From the NCBI GenBank assembly GCA_028279885.1, contig JANQMX010000081.1, positions 14,093 through 78,092 of the forward strand: a DNA stretch of 64,000 nt. The letters run 5' to 3'. The position numbers and the translations under genes are program-made. Shown here one piece after another: positions 27,692-37,949 of this stretch (positions within the stretch are counted from its first letter, which is position 1; each line of letters begins with the position of its first letter). Below the pieces are notes generated by a model. It had not been told where the DNA came from. It did not search any database and worked only from the letters and a program-made list of their open reading frames with translations. Source of the DNA: Rhodovibrionaceae bacterium. Lineage in GTDB: Bacteria; Pseudomonadota; Alphaproteobacteria; Kiloniellales; DSM-21159.

Positions 27692-28387
27692 ATGCTGGCT
27701 GTCGAAGACATCGAGCTGTTCTACGGCGCGGCACAGGCCCTGCGGGGCGTGAGCCTTTCGGCCGAAGAGGGCAAGGTGACCTGCGTCCTCGGCCGCAACG
27801 GCGTCGGCAAGACAAGCCTGTTGAACGCCATCGCAGGGCATCAGCCCATCGCGCACGGCCGCATCTCGCTCGCAGGCAAGGACATCACGTCGGTCAAAGC
27901 TTACGATCGCGCCCGCCTGGGCATCGGCTACGTGCCGCAGGGGCGGCAGATCTTCCCGCTGCTCTCGGTCAGGGAGAACCTGGAGACCGGCTATGGGATG
28001 CTGCGGCGCAAAGACCGCTTTGTACCCGAAGACGTCTACGAGCTGTTCCCAGTCCTGAAGGACATGCTGCGGCGCCGCGGCGGAGATCTGTCGGGCGGCC
28101 AGCAGCAGCAGCTCGCGATCGCGCGGGCCATGGTCACGCGGCCCAGGCTCTTGATTCTCGACGAGCCGACGGAAGGCATTCAGCCTTCGATCATCAAGGA
28201 TATCGGGCGTGCCATCACCTATCTCAGAGACAACGGCAACATGGCCATCGTGCTGGTCGAGCAGTACTTCGACTTCGCCAAAGAGCTTGCCGACAGCTTT
28301 ATCGTGCTCGACCGCGGCGAGGTGGTCGCCTCCGGCGACCAGGCTGCCTTAGCGCACACCGATATCCACCGCCACCTGACCGTCTGA
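27692..28387 (+). CDS. urtE: urea ABC transporter ATP-binding protein
   Basis: Start at the ATG at 27692 ([12 protein letters not shown]). Walker [10 protein letters not shown], signature [14 protein letters not shown] and Walker B LLILDEP. Confidence 0.9.
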   Translation: MLAVEDIELFYGAAQALRGVSLSAEEGKVTCVLGRNGVGKTSLLNAIAGHQPIAHGRISLAGKDITSVKAYDRARLGIGYVPQGRQIFPLLSVRENLETGYGMLRRKDRFVPEDVYELFPVLKDMLRRRGGDLSGGQQQQLAIARAMVTRPRLLILDEPTEGIQPSIIKDIGRAITYLRDNGNMAIVLVEQYFDFAKELADSFIVLDRGEVVASGDQAALAHTDIHRHLTV

Positions 28388-29011
28388 CGACCCGATGGAG
28401 AGGCCGCCTTGCTCCACGATGAAGGCGGCGATTTCCTCCACGCCTTTGCCTTGCTTCAGGTTGGTGAAGACGAAGGGGCGCTCGCCGCGCATGCGCTTGG
28501 CGTCACGATCCATGACGTCAAGATCCGCGCCAACCAAAGGCGCCAGGTCGGTCTTGTTGATGACCAGCAGGTCGGAGCGGGTGATGCCCGGTCCGCCCTT
28601 CCGCGGGATCTTCTCGCCGGCTGAGACATCGATGACGTAGATCGTCAGGTCGGCCAGCTCCGGCGAGAAGGTGGCCGCCAGGTTGTCGCCGCCGGACTCG
28701 ATCAGGATAAGGTCCATCTTCGGAAAGCGCCCGTTCATCTGGGCCACGGCGGCGAGATTGATCGAGGCGTCCTCGCGAATGGCCGTATGGGGACAGCCAC
28801 CGGTCTCGACACCAAGAATACGCTCCTCCGGCAGGGCGCCGGTACGGGTCAGGATCTCGGCATCCTCCTTGGTGTAAATGTCGTTGGTGATGGCGCAGAG
28901 ATCGAAGCGCCCGAAAAGCGCGCGAGACAGTGCTTCCATCAGGGCAGTCTTGCCGGAGCCGACGGGGCCGCCGATGCCGACGCGCAAGGGACCGTTGGGG
29001 GATGTGCTCAT
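28349..29011 (-). CDS. ureG: urease accessory GTPase
   Basis: [16 protein letters not shown]-loop, [12 protein letters not shown] and ESGGDNL. The 3' end overlaps the urtE 3' end by 39 nt (convergent). Confidence 0.95.
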   Translation of the reverse strand: MSTSPNGPLRVGIGGPVGSGKTALMEALSRALFGRFDLCAITNDIYTKEDAEILTRTGALPEERILGVETGGCPHTAIREDASINLAAVAQMNGRFPKMDLILIESGGDNLAATFSPELADLTIYVIDVSAGEKIPRKGGPGITRSDLLVINKTDLAPLVGADLDVMDRDAKRMRGERPFVFTNLKQGKGVEEIAAFIVEQGGLSIGSSDGQVAVDIGVR

Positions 29012-29673
29012 GAGCGGAACAGCCTCGTGTATTGGGTTTCGTGACGCATGGAGGCGATATCGGCGATCATCGAGAAACCGCCGAGATCGTCCAGACTCGA
29101 ATCAGCAGCCCACTCGGCCTGCGCCAGGATCGGCGCTTCGAGAGCGGCGAGGGCACGCACGCCGTCGCTCTGCCCGAGCGGGATGAGCCGAAGGCCAGCG
29201 GAGACCAAGTTTGCCGCCAGTGCATGCAGATAGCCGGTCAGAGCCGGCGTGAGCGCAACACCACAACCGGCGGCCGCCACGCCGACCGCGATCGGATAGG
29301 GAGTGTTGGAGAGCTCGCAAGTCGCATCCGGCCAGGCCGTGCCGACTGCCTGGCGAAAGGCTTCGCCCTGCGCTTCCGTCTCCAAGGCGCGTTCGGACGA
29401 GGGCGACAGCGCGACCGCAAGCTCGGCCACGGCCGACAGGCGCGCCGCGTCCTGCGCCGTGGCCGCCTGCCAGGCTTCCGCCAACAGCACCAGATCGTTG
29501 CGGCCCGCACCGGAGGTGACGATGTCCTCAACCCAAGCCAAAAGGCTCTCGCGGTCCCTCACCTCCTCCGCCTCGACCGCCCACTCCAAGCCATGGGAGT
29601 AGCTGAAGGCGCCGACCGGGAAGGACGGTGAAAGCCAAGTCAGAAGCCGCAGCAGGTTGCGCTGATCATCCAT
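29008..29673 (-). CDS. ureF: urease accessory protein
   Basis: I prefer the start at 29673 ([34 protein letters not shown], the typical UreF N-terminus). It overlaps ureE by 8 nt and ureG by 4 nt. Confidence 0.9.
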   Translation of the reverse strand: MDDQRNLLRLLTWLSPSFPVGAFSYSHGLEWAVEAEEVRDRESLLAWVEDIVTSGAGRNDLVLLAEAWQAATAQDAARLSAVAELAVALSPSSERALETEAQGEAFRQAVGTAWPDATCELSNTPYPIAVGVAAAGCGVALTPALTGYLHALAANLVSAGLRLIPLGQSDGVRALAALEAPILAQAEWAADSSLDDLGGFSMIADIASMRHETQYTRLFRS

Positions 29674-30181
29674 GATCGTGCTCGTGAGCATGGCCGTGGG
29701 CATGGCCGTGACCGTGGGCATGACCCTGTCCGCCGGCGTAGGCCCCGCGCTCAGGCTGAAAGGGGCGGGAAACGCGAAGCGTCGCAGCGCCCAGACCCTG
29801 CAGCATCTCTTCGATCACGTGGTCATAGCGGATGTAGAGCGCCTCTTCGGCGATCTCCGTCGGCAGGTGGCGGTTGCCGAGATGCCAAGCTACGCGCACC
29901 AGAGCCGCTTCGGTTTCGCAGTGCACCTCCAACAGCTCTTCGGCGGCCGCCCGGACGGCGACGAGGCGGCCATCCTCCAGCTTCAAGGCATCGCCACCCT
30001 CGATGGCCGCTGGGCGCGCGAGATCGAGCAGGAAGGTCAAACCGCTCTCGCTGCTCAGCACGAGGCGGCGGCGGCTGCGCGCATCGAAGTCGAGATTGAC
30101 TGCGTCGTAAGCGCTGTCGCTCCAGGCGCCGCGCCGCAGCACCGTGACGGCCCGCGGCAAGGATTGTTTGCTACCGTCCAT
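29666..30181 (-). CDS. ureE: urease metallochaperone with a His-rich tail
   Basis: 171 aa containing GNRHLP. The C-terminus is [22 protein letters not shown]. Confidence 0.9.
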   Translation of the reverse strand: MDGSKQSLPRAVTVLRRGAWSDSAYDAVNLDFDARSRRRLVLSSESGLTFLLDLARPAAIEGGDALKLEDGRLVAVRAAAEELLEVHCETEAALVRVAWHLGNRHLPTEIAEEALYIRYDHVIEEMLQGLGAATLRVSRPFQPERGAYAGGQGHAHGHGHAHGHAHEHDHG

Positions 30182-31893
30182 CAGAACAAGAAGTAACGCT
30201 GGGCCATGGGCAGAACCTCCGCCGGCTCGCAGGTCAAGAGCTCCCCGTCGGCCCTGACCTCATAGGTTTCTGGATCGACCTCGATGGCGGGGGTCGCACT
30301 GTTATGCACCATGGAGGCCTTGGAGATGCCGCCGCGCACGTTGCTGACCGGCAGCACGCTTTTGGCAAGACCGAGCCTCGCCGCAAGATCGCTGTCAAAG
30401 GCAGCCTGGGAGACGAAGGTCACGGCACTGGCCGCCTGCGCCCCGCCGAAGGCCCCGAACATGGGGCGATAATGAACCGGCTGGGGCGTCGGGATGGAGG
30501 CATTGGGGTCGCCCATGGGCGCCGCCGCGATACTGCCGCCCAAGAGCACCAGGTCCGGCTTCACGCCGAAGAAGGCCGGGTTCCAGAGTACCAAGTCCGC
30601 GCGCTTGCCGACCTCGACCGAGCCGATGTGCTCGGCCATGCCGTGGGTGATGGCGGGGTTGATGGTGTACTTGGCGATGTAGCGCTTGACCCGAACGTTG
30701 TCGTTCGGCCCGCTTTCCTCCGGCAAGGCACCGCGCTGCCGTTTCATTTTGTCGGCGGTCTGCCAGGTGCGGATCAGCACCTCTCCAACCCGGCCCATGG
30801 CCTGGCTGTCGGAGGCGATGATCGAGAAGGCACCGAGATCGTGCAGGATGTCTTCCGCCGCGATGGTCTCCCGCCGAATGCGGGACTCCGCGAAAGCCAC
30901 GTCTTCTGGGATGTTGGCATCCAGGTGATGGCACACCATCAGCATGTCGAGATGCTCTTCGATGGTGTTGACCGTGTAGGGCCGGGTCGGATTGGTCGAA
31001 GAGGGGATGACGTTGCTCTCGCCACAGACCTTGATGATATCCGGCGCATGGCCGCCCCCTGCCCCCTCGGTATGAAAGGCATGGATGGTGCGGCCCTTGA
31101 GGGCGGCAATGGTGGTTTCGACGAAACCGCTCTCGTTCAAGGTGTCGGTATGGATCATGACCTGAACGTCGAGGTCGTCGGCGACGCTCAGGCAGCAGTC
31201 GATGGCGGCCGGGGTTGTGCCCCAGTCCTCGTGCAGCTTCATCGCGCAGGCCCCGCTCTCGATCTGCTCGACGAGGCCCTCCGGGCGCGAAGCGTTGCCC
31301 TTGCCTGACAGGGCCAGGTTCATGGGAAAGCCATCAGCTGCCTGAAGCATGCGCCCGATGTGCCAGGCGCCCGGTGTGCAGGTGGTCGCGTTGGTGCCCG
31401 TCGCCGGCCCGGTCCCGCCGCCGAGCATGGTGGTGACGCCGGACATCAGCGCCTCTTCGATCTGCTGCGGGCAGATGAAATGGATGTGCGCATCGAAGCC
31501 GCCGGCGGTGAGGATCTTCCCTTCGCCTGCGATCGCCTCGGTCGAGGGGCCTATGACGATATCCACGCCGGGCTGAACATCCGGATTGCCGGCCTTGCCG
31601 ATGCCGACGATGCGGCCGTCCCTCAGCCCGACGTCCGCTTTGACGATGCCCCAGTGATCGACGATCAGCGCATTGGTGATGACGGTGTCGACCGTGCCCT
31701 CGGCACGGGTCGCCTGCGACTGGCCCATGCCGTCACGGATGACCTTGCCGCCGCCGAACTTGACCTCCTCGCCATAGGTGGTGAAGTCCTTCTCGACTTC
31801 GATCAGCAACTCCGTGTCCGCGAGGCGAACCCGGTCTCCGACGGTGGGGCCGTACATGTCCGCATAGGCGGCGCGTGCGATTCTGGCTGGCAT
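30181..31893 (-). CDS. ureC: urease alpha subunit
   Basis: 570 aa with [28 protein letters not shown] and [12 protein letters not shown]. Confidence 0.97.
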   Translation of the reverse strand: MPARIARAAYADMYGPTVGDRVRLADTELLIEVEKDFTTYGEEVKFGGGKVIRDGMGQSQATRAEGTVDTVITNALIVDHWGIVKADVGLRDGRIVGIGKAGNPDVQPGVDIVIGPSTEAIAGEGKILTAGGFDAHIHFICPQQIEEALMSGVTTMLGGGTGPATGTNATTCTPGAWHIGRMLQAADGFPMNLALSGKGNASRPEGLVEQIESGACAMKLHEDWGTTPAAIDCCLSVADDLDVQVMIHTDTLNESGFVETTIAALKGRTIHAFHTEGAGGGHAPDIIKVCGESNVIPSSTNPTRPYTVNTIEEHLDMLMVCHHLDANIPEDVAFAESRIRRETIAAEDILHDLGAFSIIASDSQAMGRVGEVLIRTWQTADKMKRQRGALPEESGPNDNVRVKRYIAKYTINPAITHGMAEHIGSVEVGKRADLVLWNPAFFGVKPDLVLLGGSIAAAPMGDPNASIPTPQPVHYRPMFGAFGGAQAASAVTFVSQAAFDSDLAARLGLAKSVLPVSNVRGGISKASMVHNSATPAIEVDPETYEVRADGELLTCEPAEVLPMAQRYFLF

Positions 31894-31905
31894 GCCTCTA
31901 TCCCC

Positions 31906-32217
31906 TCAGTCGCCGAGCGCGCCCATGACGCGCTGCTTGAAGCCGTAGACCTCGCGCGCGCCGACATAGGGCACCAGCGTCACCTCGCGGCTCTGCCCCG
32001 GCTCGAAGCGCACGGCCGTGCCGGCCGGAATGTCGAGACGCATCCCCCGCGCCTTCTCCCGCTCGAAGAGCAGCGCGTCGTTGGTCTCGAAGAAATGATA
32101 GTGGGAGCCGACTTGAATGGGCCGGTCGCCGCTGTTGGCCACGGACAGCGTGACCGTCGCTTGGCCGGCGTTCAGCTCGATCTCGCCGTCAGCCAGCAGA
32201 ACTTCTCCGGGAATCAA
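31906..32217 (-). CDS. ureB: urease beta subunit
   Basis: 103 aa with [34 protein letters not shown]. Confidence 0.95.
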   Translation of the reverse strand: MIPGEVLLADGEIELNAGQATVTLSVANSGDRPIQVGSHYHFFETNDALLFEREKARGMRLDIPAGTAVRFEPGQSREVTLVPYVGAREVYGFKQRVMGALGD

Positions 32218-32234
32218 TTGACTAGCCCCCTCAC

Positions 32235-32537
32235 CTAACGAATGGGTTGATGCACAGTGACGAGCTTGGTGCCGTCCGGGAAGGTCGCCTCGACCTGCAC
32301 GTCGTGGATCATTTCAGCGACCCCTTCCATCACCTGCTCGCGCCCGATCACCGCCGCGCCGGCTTCCATGAGATCGGCCACCGAGCGCCCGTCGCGCGCG
32401 CCCTCGACGACGAAATCGCTGATCAAGGCAATGGCCTCCGGATGGTTGAGCTTCACGCCACGCTCCAGCCGGCGGCGCGCCACCATCGCCGCCATAGCGA
32501 TCAGCAGCTTGTCCTTCTCACGCGGTGTCAGGTTCAT
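32235..32537 (-). CDS. ureA: urease gamma subunit
   Basis: 100 aa from the ATG at 32537: [39 protein letters not shown]. Confidence 0.95.
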   Translation of the reverse strand: MNLTPREKDKLLIAMAAMVARRRLERGVKLNHPEAIALISDFVVEGARDGRSVADLMEAGAAVIGREQVMEGVAEMIHDVQVEATFPDGTKLVTVHQPIR

Positions 32538-32575
32538 GAAGCACTCCCAAAAACATCGATCATTCTTCTCTCCGG

Positions 32576-33421
32576 CTAACAGCGCCAAGCCACCGGCGCC
32601 GGCAGGCCGCTGAGGATCCCATAGGCCGCAACCATCCAGCGGCGCATGTCCGCGGGGACCTGCGCGGCCACACGAAAGCTCAAGGCGCCACGCAGCAGGC
32701 TTGCCCCGGCCCAAGTCCCCTCACCACAGGAGATGCCACGCAAAGCGTCCCGCTTGTCAGTCATGGCAGGGCCACGATAGAGGCCGGTGAGAAATGCCGT
32801 CGCCCCTCTTCCCAAAGCCAGGCCTTCCAGGCTCGTCCCGATGTCACCATCCAGTCGCGCTTCTTCAGCAAAGATGAGCTGCCCCTCGACCGAGACTCGC
32901 CAAGAGTCGCGGTAGCGCCCCCTGGAGACACGCTCGCCCATAGCTTCCCGCCCGAAGACGAGCGGCTCCATGATGAGAAACTCGGCGCTCTCTTCCGCAG
33001 CGAGCTTGAGCTGGCGCGACAAGGCAGCCCCGTCGAAGAAGATGGTGTCCTGCGGCACCCAATAGCCGCGGCCGTCCTTGGCTACGCTCATGTCGACCTT
33101 GATCGACACGGTGCCGCCGAGACTGCGGTAGATCTTCTCGCTGGCTTGGCTGGTGAAGACGCCGCAGGCCGCTTCACCGACAGCAAGCGAGATATCCAGG
33201 GTGTCTCCGCCGGTGAGGCCGCCTGAGGTATTGATCAGCAGAGCTTCAAGGCCGCGATGGCTATAGACCTTCGGAGCGCGCGCCTTGGCGGCTCCGGCCT
33301 GATACCAGCCTGCGATGGCGGTGCGGCCGTCTCGGGCGGCCACGGAGAGGCTGAGATAGCCATGGCTGCGTTGGAGACGGGGCTCCAGAATCGAGTCAGC
33401 CCGCAAGCCGCCGTCCAACAT
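32576..33421 (-). CDS. ureD: urease accessory protein
   Basis: 281 aa, first gene of the ure operon, with a UreD/UreH-like sequence (..[12 protein letters not shown]..). Confidence 0.88.
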   Translation of the reverse strand: MLDGGLRADSILEPRLQRSHGYLSLSVAARDGRTAIAGWYQAGAAKARAPKVYSHRGLEALLINTSGGLTGGDTLDISLAVGEAACGVFTSQASEKIYRSLGGTVSIKVDMSVAKDGRGYWVPQDTIFFDGAALSRQLKLAAEESAEFLIMEPLVFGREAMGERVSRGRYRDSWRVSVEGQLIFAEEARLDGDIGTSLEGLALGRGATAFLTGLYRGPAMTDKRDALRGISCGEGTWAGASLLRGALSFRVAAQVPADMRRWMVAAYGILSGLPAPVAWRC

Positions 33422-33561
33422 CCCTCTCCGTCACGCCAACCCCGCCATCTTTTCTTTTCGCTACTGCGAGATAGCACGACGGAGGCCGCGGAGGCTACTC
33501 CCGCGTTGCGGCGACAGAGTCAGCCGAAAGCAAAATTGTTCCCACCGAACGCGATAAGGCT

Positions 33562-36500
33562 CTAGGTCGGGACAGGTTTGCCGAACAGGTCCACATAGAG
33601 TTCGTAGCCGCCGAACCCTGCCAAACCCAAAATGCAAAGAATGATGAGAGCGATAATTCCCCTAAATATTCTGATGACAGTCGGGCCGAAAAGGGGAACC
33701 TTGCCTTCGAGAAAGCGTCCCACCCGGTGCTGGACCGAGAATGCCACCAAACAAACAAGAAGAACGGCATAGCCGATGTGGGCGATCTGTCTCGCAGACA
33801 TCACTTCACCGAAAAACGCAAGCACCGCCCCAACCAATGCCAAGAGAGAGAGCCAGTACTTCGCCACTGCTCGGCCTAAAGATTGAGGAAGCGCAAAGCT
33901 CAGCAATCGCGCCGTCAGCACGCCCGCCGATTTCAAGGCGCCGCTGATCCGCTTGGACAGGCCTTGCTCTTGCGTTCCGGGATAGTCGTCGATCATCCGC
34001 CCGGCGATTTGCAGCGATCGCGACATCCAATCGATAAGCCTGGCTTGTGGCGGCGAGGGTGACACATTGTACCACTCTTTGAGGAAGGCGCGGAACTCAC
34101 TGCGATCAATGAGCTGCTTCAGCATTGGAAAGCGCTCCAAGACGGCGCCGCTGTTGGTCACCAGCTCATCGACGCTATTGGCCGTCATGCCGCTTTCGTC
34201 GAGCTCGCGGGCCAGGCACCGAAAAACGCGATCCCGCTTCGCCTTGACCGTCATCGAGAACTCTTCGGAGAGGATCGCGTCCTGCAGCTCCCCAATGTAC
34301 TTTTTGCGCAGCGTCTCATCACGTGGGTCCGGCAGCAGCGCATAGACGATGCGCTCGGCGCCATCGAGCCGGCCCCACATCATGTCGTTCTCGCGCCATT
34401 CCTTGTCCATGAAACCGCCAAAGGCGGCTGCGCGCGTTCCCATCAACTTGTCCCTCTTCGCAGCCTTGCCCGTGCCATAGGTCAAAGTGCCGTCGATGGG
34501 ACTGACTCGGAAAACCTCGATCTCGCTGTGTTCGCGGGCATTCGTTCCCTCGAGGAAGGGCAGCGTATGTGAATCGTGCCAGTGAAAACGCTTATAGACT
34601 TCGTGGATTTCCTCGCGCGCCGGTGTCGCCCCGGCGTAGCGCCATGCCTCTTCCAGGTCCTCCCGATTGCTGTCGAACACGGCTTTGAGCTCACGCTGTA
34701 TGTGCGCCATCAGCGGATCAATGATTGCTTGGAATTGCTTGTAGATGTCGTCGGCAGCCTTGTAGCGCGCCTTGCGGCCAACCTGGTTCATGACTATCGG
34801 ATAGGCCTGCGTCAGAGCTTTCTTCAGCTGATCGAAGTTGCCGGTCTTGAGGAGCGGGCTTCGCGCCGGTGAGCGCAGCTTGCGCGTTATGCTTTCCAAG
34901 TTGGCGATTTGTGCTTCGACCCGTTGCCGCAACTCTTGCAGGTCGCTTCTTTCCTCCTGGCGCAGGTCACTCTGCAGTCTGTCGTCGATGGAAATCCGAA
35001 GCTGATTCAGACGGCGCAGGCGGTAGTCCGCGTCATAGTCAAACAGAAAGGCGTTTTCCGTTTCCTTGCCGTCTGTGCGATAGGCCGAGAAGTTGGCCTC
35101 GCGCCAGGAGCGCACAAGCAATCGCACGAAGTAGTACTCGTCGGAATCCGTCGTAAGCTGCGTCGCACGCGTGACGATCCAAGCCAAGCCATCACTGGTC
35201 TCGTAGACCCGTAAATGGTGATAGGGTGGATACTTGTCTCCGAAGCCCTGCTTTTCCACCATGTCCTTCAAGTCGAGGGCGGCAAAGTTCTTCGGCGCTT
35301 CAGGCAACTCCTGCTGCACAGCGAGCTTCCCGCTGTCGTCATTCAACCGGTCACGCAGCGCTGCGAGCCGGTCGAGTTGGCGGTTCATCCCACTCACCCG
35401 CTGGATGTCGCCGCGTATGACCTCGTAGCGCGGCAGCTTCATTGCCGCCAGCATGGCGTTCTCCAGGAAACCGATCTCATGCGCCTTCTCGCTCGAAGGC
35501 TCGGCAACCTCCGGAAAGGGATCTATGAACAACAGCTTGCGCTTCACCGGTCGCGAGGAGGAGCGGTACTGGATAACGTCGGTCACGTAGCTGAAGGGAC
35601 GGTTGTCGAGGTAACCGCCGTCTGCGAACAACCGCCCGCGGAAAGACTCCCCTCTGACATCGTAAGCTGGGAAAAACTTCTTATATTTCTCTTTGGCCAG
35701 CGTATCGACATTGAGGCCGGGTGTCTGCCGTGCGACTTGCCCTGCAATGCGGTCGAATGACATGGGTTCAAATGCGACCGGGAACGATGAGGTGCAGCGT
35801 GCAGCAAACGCGAGCATCGGATCGTAATCCCGCGTGAACTCGTTGCTCGGGCCAATCTGCGAGCCATCGTCTGTCTCAGCCGTGTACTCGAAGCGGAAGA
35901 CCGTCCTGTGAATGCGCTCGTCGATCGTCTGGCCAGTGAGCTGAATCGGTGCGTTCAAGCCGGCAAGGTCGGTCGTTGTGACGAACAGGTCCAGCTTGTC
36001 GGCGAAGGCGCCGCCCTCGCCCTCCGGCCCTACGTCATCATTCATATCGGACAGCGTTTCCAGAACCATCCCATACATGCGCTCACTGTTGAGCAGCGCC
36101 ACTGTCAGGTTCTCCGGATGGGGTGGATACTTCTGGGGTTCAGACTTCCTATCGTTCAGAAGCAGGTCGAGATCGGCGTCGTCGAGCCAAACCTCCGCAA
36201 GCTTGTCGAGCGAGCGCGAACGAAGCGCGATTGCCTTGGCGAGGGCGACACCATTGATCCCTCCGGCCGACGAGCCCGAGATGAGATCGACGACAAAGCG
36301 TGTCTTGATCGGAGACTCCGATAGATCGGGGGGTGGCTCTGCCCCTTCCTCGGGTTCGCGTCCCGGATGGAGCAGTTGACCAAGCTTCCGATAGATCAGT
36401 TCGCTTCCCTTGAGCGACTCTCCCGGCGGCAGATCCGCGGTGCTTCGGACCATCCGCAGCAGTTCTTGTGCGATGCCGTTTATGTAGATGGCGAGCGAGA

Positions 36501-36573
36501 CGCCTCCGTACATCACGACCGCAAAGCGAACTTCCTGTTCCGGCTCGTATCCGCTGCTCGATGATGTCGACAT
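33562..36573 (-). CDS. large patatin-like phospholipase-domain protein with a long C-terminal region (TIGR03607/DUF3376-like by eye) and C-terminal TM helices
   Basis: 1003 aa from the ATG at 36573 (MSTSSSSGYEPEQEVRFAVVMYGGVSLAIY). Patatin landmarks are the Gly-rich oxyanion YGGVS, the nucleophile GSSAGG (GxSxG) and the catalytic Asp in FADGGYLDNRPF. Three hydrophobic helices fall in the last ~110 aa. Hand GC counts of lines 33601, 34741, 35041 and 36061 are 48, 60, 53 and 57%, against 72% for line 38401 in pyc. Confidence 0.85.
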   Translation of the reverse strand: MSTSSSSGYEPEQEVRFAVVMYGGVSLAIYINGIAQELLRMVRSTADLPPGESLKGSELIYRKLGQLLHPGREPEEGAEPPPDLSESPIKTRFVVDLISGSSAGGINGVALAKAIALRSRSLDKLAEVWLDDADLDLLLNDRKSEPQKYPPHPENLTVALLNSERMYGMVLETLSDMNDDVGPEGEGGAFADKLDLFVTTTDLAGLNAPIQLTGQTIDERIHRTVFRFEYTAETDDGSQIGPSNEFTRDYDPMLAFAARCTSSFPVAFEPMSFDRIAGQVARQTPGLNVDTLAKEKYKKFFPAYDVRGESFRGRLFADGGYLDNRPFSYVTDVIQYRSSSRPVKRKLLFIDPFPEVAEPSSEKAHEIGFLENAMLAAMKLPRYEVIRGDIQRVSGMNRQLDRLAALRDRLNDDSGKLAVQQELPEAPKNFAALDLKDMVEKQGFGDKYPPYHHLRVYETSDGLAWIVTRATQLTTDSDEYYFVRLLVRSWREANFSAYRTDGKETENAFLFDYDADYRLRRLNQLRISIDDRLQSDLRQEERSDLQELRQRVEAQIANLESITRKLRSPARSPLLKTGNFDQLKKALTQAYPIVMNQVGRKARYKAADDIYKQFQAIIDPLMAHIQRELKAVFDSNREDLEEAWRYAGATPAREEIHEVYKRFHWHDSHTLPFLEGTNAREHSEIEVFRVSPIDGTLTYGTGKAAKRDKLMGTRAAAFGGFMDKEWRENDMMWGRLDGAERIVYALLPDPRDETLRKKYIGELQDAILSEEFSMTVKAKRDRVFRCLARELDESGMTANSVDELVTNSGAVLERFPMLKQLIDRSEFRAFLKEWYNVSPSPPQARLIDWMSRSLQIAGRMIDDYPGTQEQGLSKRISGALKSAGVLTARLLSFALPQSLGRAVAKYWLSLLALVGAVLAFFGEVMSARQIAHIGYAVLLVCLVAFSVQHRVGRFLEGKVPLFGPTVIRIFRGIIALIILCILGLAGFGGYELYVDLFGKPVPT

Positions 36574-36660
36574 GATGAGTCCCCGAAACTGCCGCTTCAG
36601 CGTGCCAGCGCCTTGGCAGAAGGACACGTGGCCCGGACGAGAACTCTATGCGATAACTAG

Positions 36661-36674
36661 TTGATGCGCATCAA
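36661..36674. promoter_or_regulatory. perfect 14-bp palindrome TTGATGCGCATCAA upstream of the patatin-like gene
   Basis: Read directly. It lies 88 nt upstream of the patatin start and 37 nt downstream of the CDF gene stop. It could be an operator or part of a terminator. Confidence 0.3.
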
Positions 36675-36710
36675 TATAACACAGCGCGGCTTGAACAGAT
36701 CGCGGCGTTC

Positions 36711-37667
36711 TTATGATGCCGGCGCATCGTTGCAAAGGTGCGTTTCCACCGTGAGATGGACGATACCCAGACTCTCCGGAACCCGCGATTTGTACTCCGC
36801 CGGCGGCCTCGGATCGTGGGTCACGATGCTGACGACGGCGGCGCGGATTCCAGGCCCGACCGACCAGACGTGAAGATCGACAACCCGGTCGTCGCCTCGT
36901 TCGAAGAGACGCCTGATCTGCGCCCGCACCTCGGCCGGCGCCTGCCAATCCAGCAAAACCAAGGCGCTCTTGCTGATGAGCGATATCGACCAGCGCGCGA
37001 TCAGAACTGCACCAACGATGCCCATGGCGGCATCCAGCCAGGCAGCGCCAAAAAGCCAGCCGCCCAGCAGAGCGACGATGGCAAGGACAGACGTCAGTGC
37101 ATCCGCCAAAACATGCAGGTAGGCGGCGCGCAGATTGTGGTCCTCATGACTGTGATCGACCTCGTGCAAGGCGTCGCCGTGATGATGATGCCCATGGTGA
37201 TGGTGATCCCCGCCGCCGACCAGAATGAAGGCGCAGACGACGTTCACCACAAGCCCGACGACCGCCACGATGATTGCCTGGGAATAGGCGATGTCGACAG
37301 GATTGATCAGCCGCGTGACGCTCTCCCAACCGACCCCCACAGCGAAGACGGCGAGAAGCAGTGCTCCGGCGAAACCAGCCAAAGCGTTTATCTTTCCAGT
37401 GCCGAACGAAAACCGCGCATCCCCTGCAAACCGTCGGGCGGCAACATAGGCGAGAAACGCGATGCCGAGCGCCACGGCGTGGGAGCCCATGTGAAGACCG
37501 TCCGCCAGCAGCGCCATGGACCCGAACGCCAAGCCGGCGCTGATCTCAACCACCATGGCGACCAAAGTGATGACGACGACGATAAGGGTTCCCCGCTCTC
37601 CGGACTTCACTGCGTCTTGGCCAAAGACGTGATCGTGAGTCCAACGCGAAGTATCCTGTGTGTGCAT
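36711..37667 (-). CDS. cation diffusion facilitator (CDF) metal efflux transporter, DmeF/CzcD-like
   Basis: 318 aa with SMALLADGLHMGSHA, HVLADALTSV and a His-rich loop GGGDHHHHGHHHHGDALHEVDHSHEDH. The N-terminal THDHVFGQD..ERGT resembles Co/Ni-type DmeF proteins. Confidence 0.85.
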   Translation of the reverse strand: MHTQDTSRWTHDHVFGQDAVKSGERGTLIVVVITLVAMVVEISAGLAFGSMALLADGLHMGSHAVALGIAFLAYVAARRFAGDARFSFGTGKINALAGFAGALLLAVFAVGVGWESVTRLINPVDIAYSQAIIVAVVGLVVNVVCAFILVGGGDHHHHGHHHHGDALHEVDHSHEDHNLRAAYLHVLADALTSVLAIVALLGGWLFGAAWLDAAMGIVGAVLIARWSISLISKSALVLLDWQAPAEVRAQIRRLFERGDDRVVDLHVWSVGPGIRAAVVSIVTHDPRPPAEYKSRVPESLGIVHLTVETHLCNDAPAS

Positions 37668-37949
37668 CCTTAGCCTATCCGCTGTCGACGGAGCCTTTTG
37701 TTGTCTGCTTCTTCCACTATCGCCCGGCCTTGCCGGCGTGAACAGGACAGAAGGGCGCGCTCAGGCCAAGGACCACGGATCGAGACGCCTATTGCGGTTC
37801 ATCGCCCTTGTGCCTGGAAATTCCTTCGTTCGGTTTTGCAGCGCACAATAATAGAATAAACTACGCTTCCAGATCGTTATAGCGCAGACCGCGCTCGGCA
37901 CGGCCGTGCCACCCGCCGCCTCGCACCACCATTCGACAGGGAGACATCT

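Noticed and set aside
29671-29740. Short periodic GTGGGCATG/GCCGTG repeats. A similar run of CAT/GTG-rich repeats lies at 37150-37215.
   Set aside because: These are the His-rich tails or loops of UreE ([19 protein letters not shown]) and the CDF exporter. They are coding low complexity, not CRISPR or tandem-repeat arrays.
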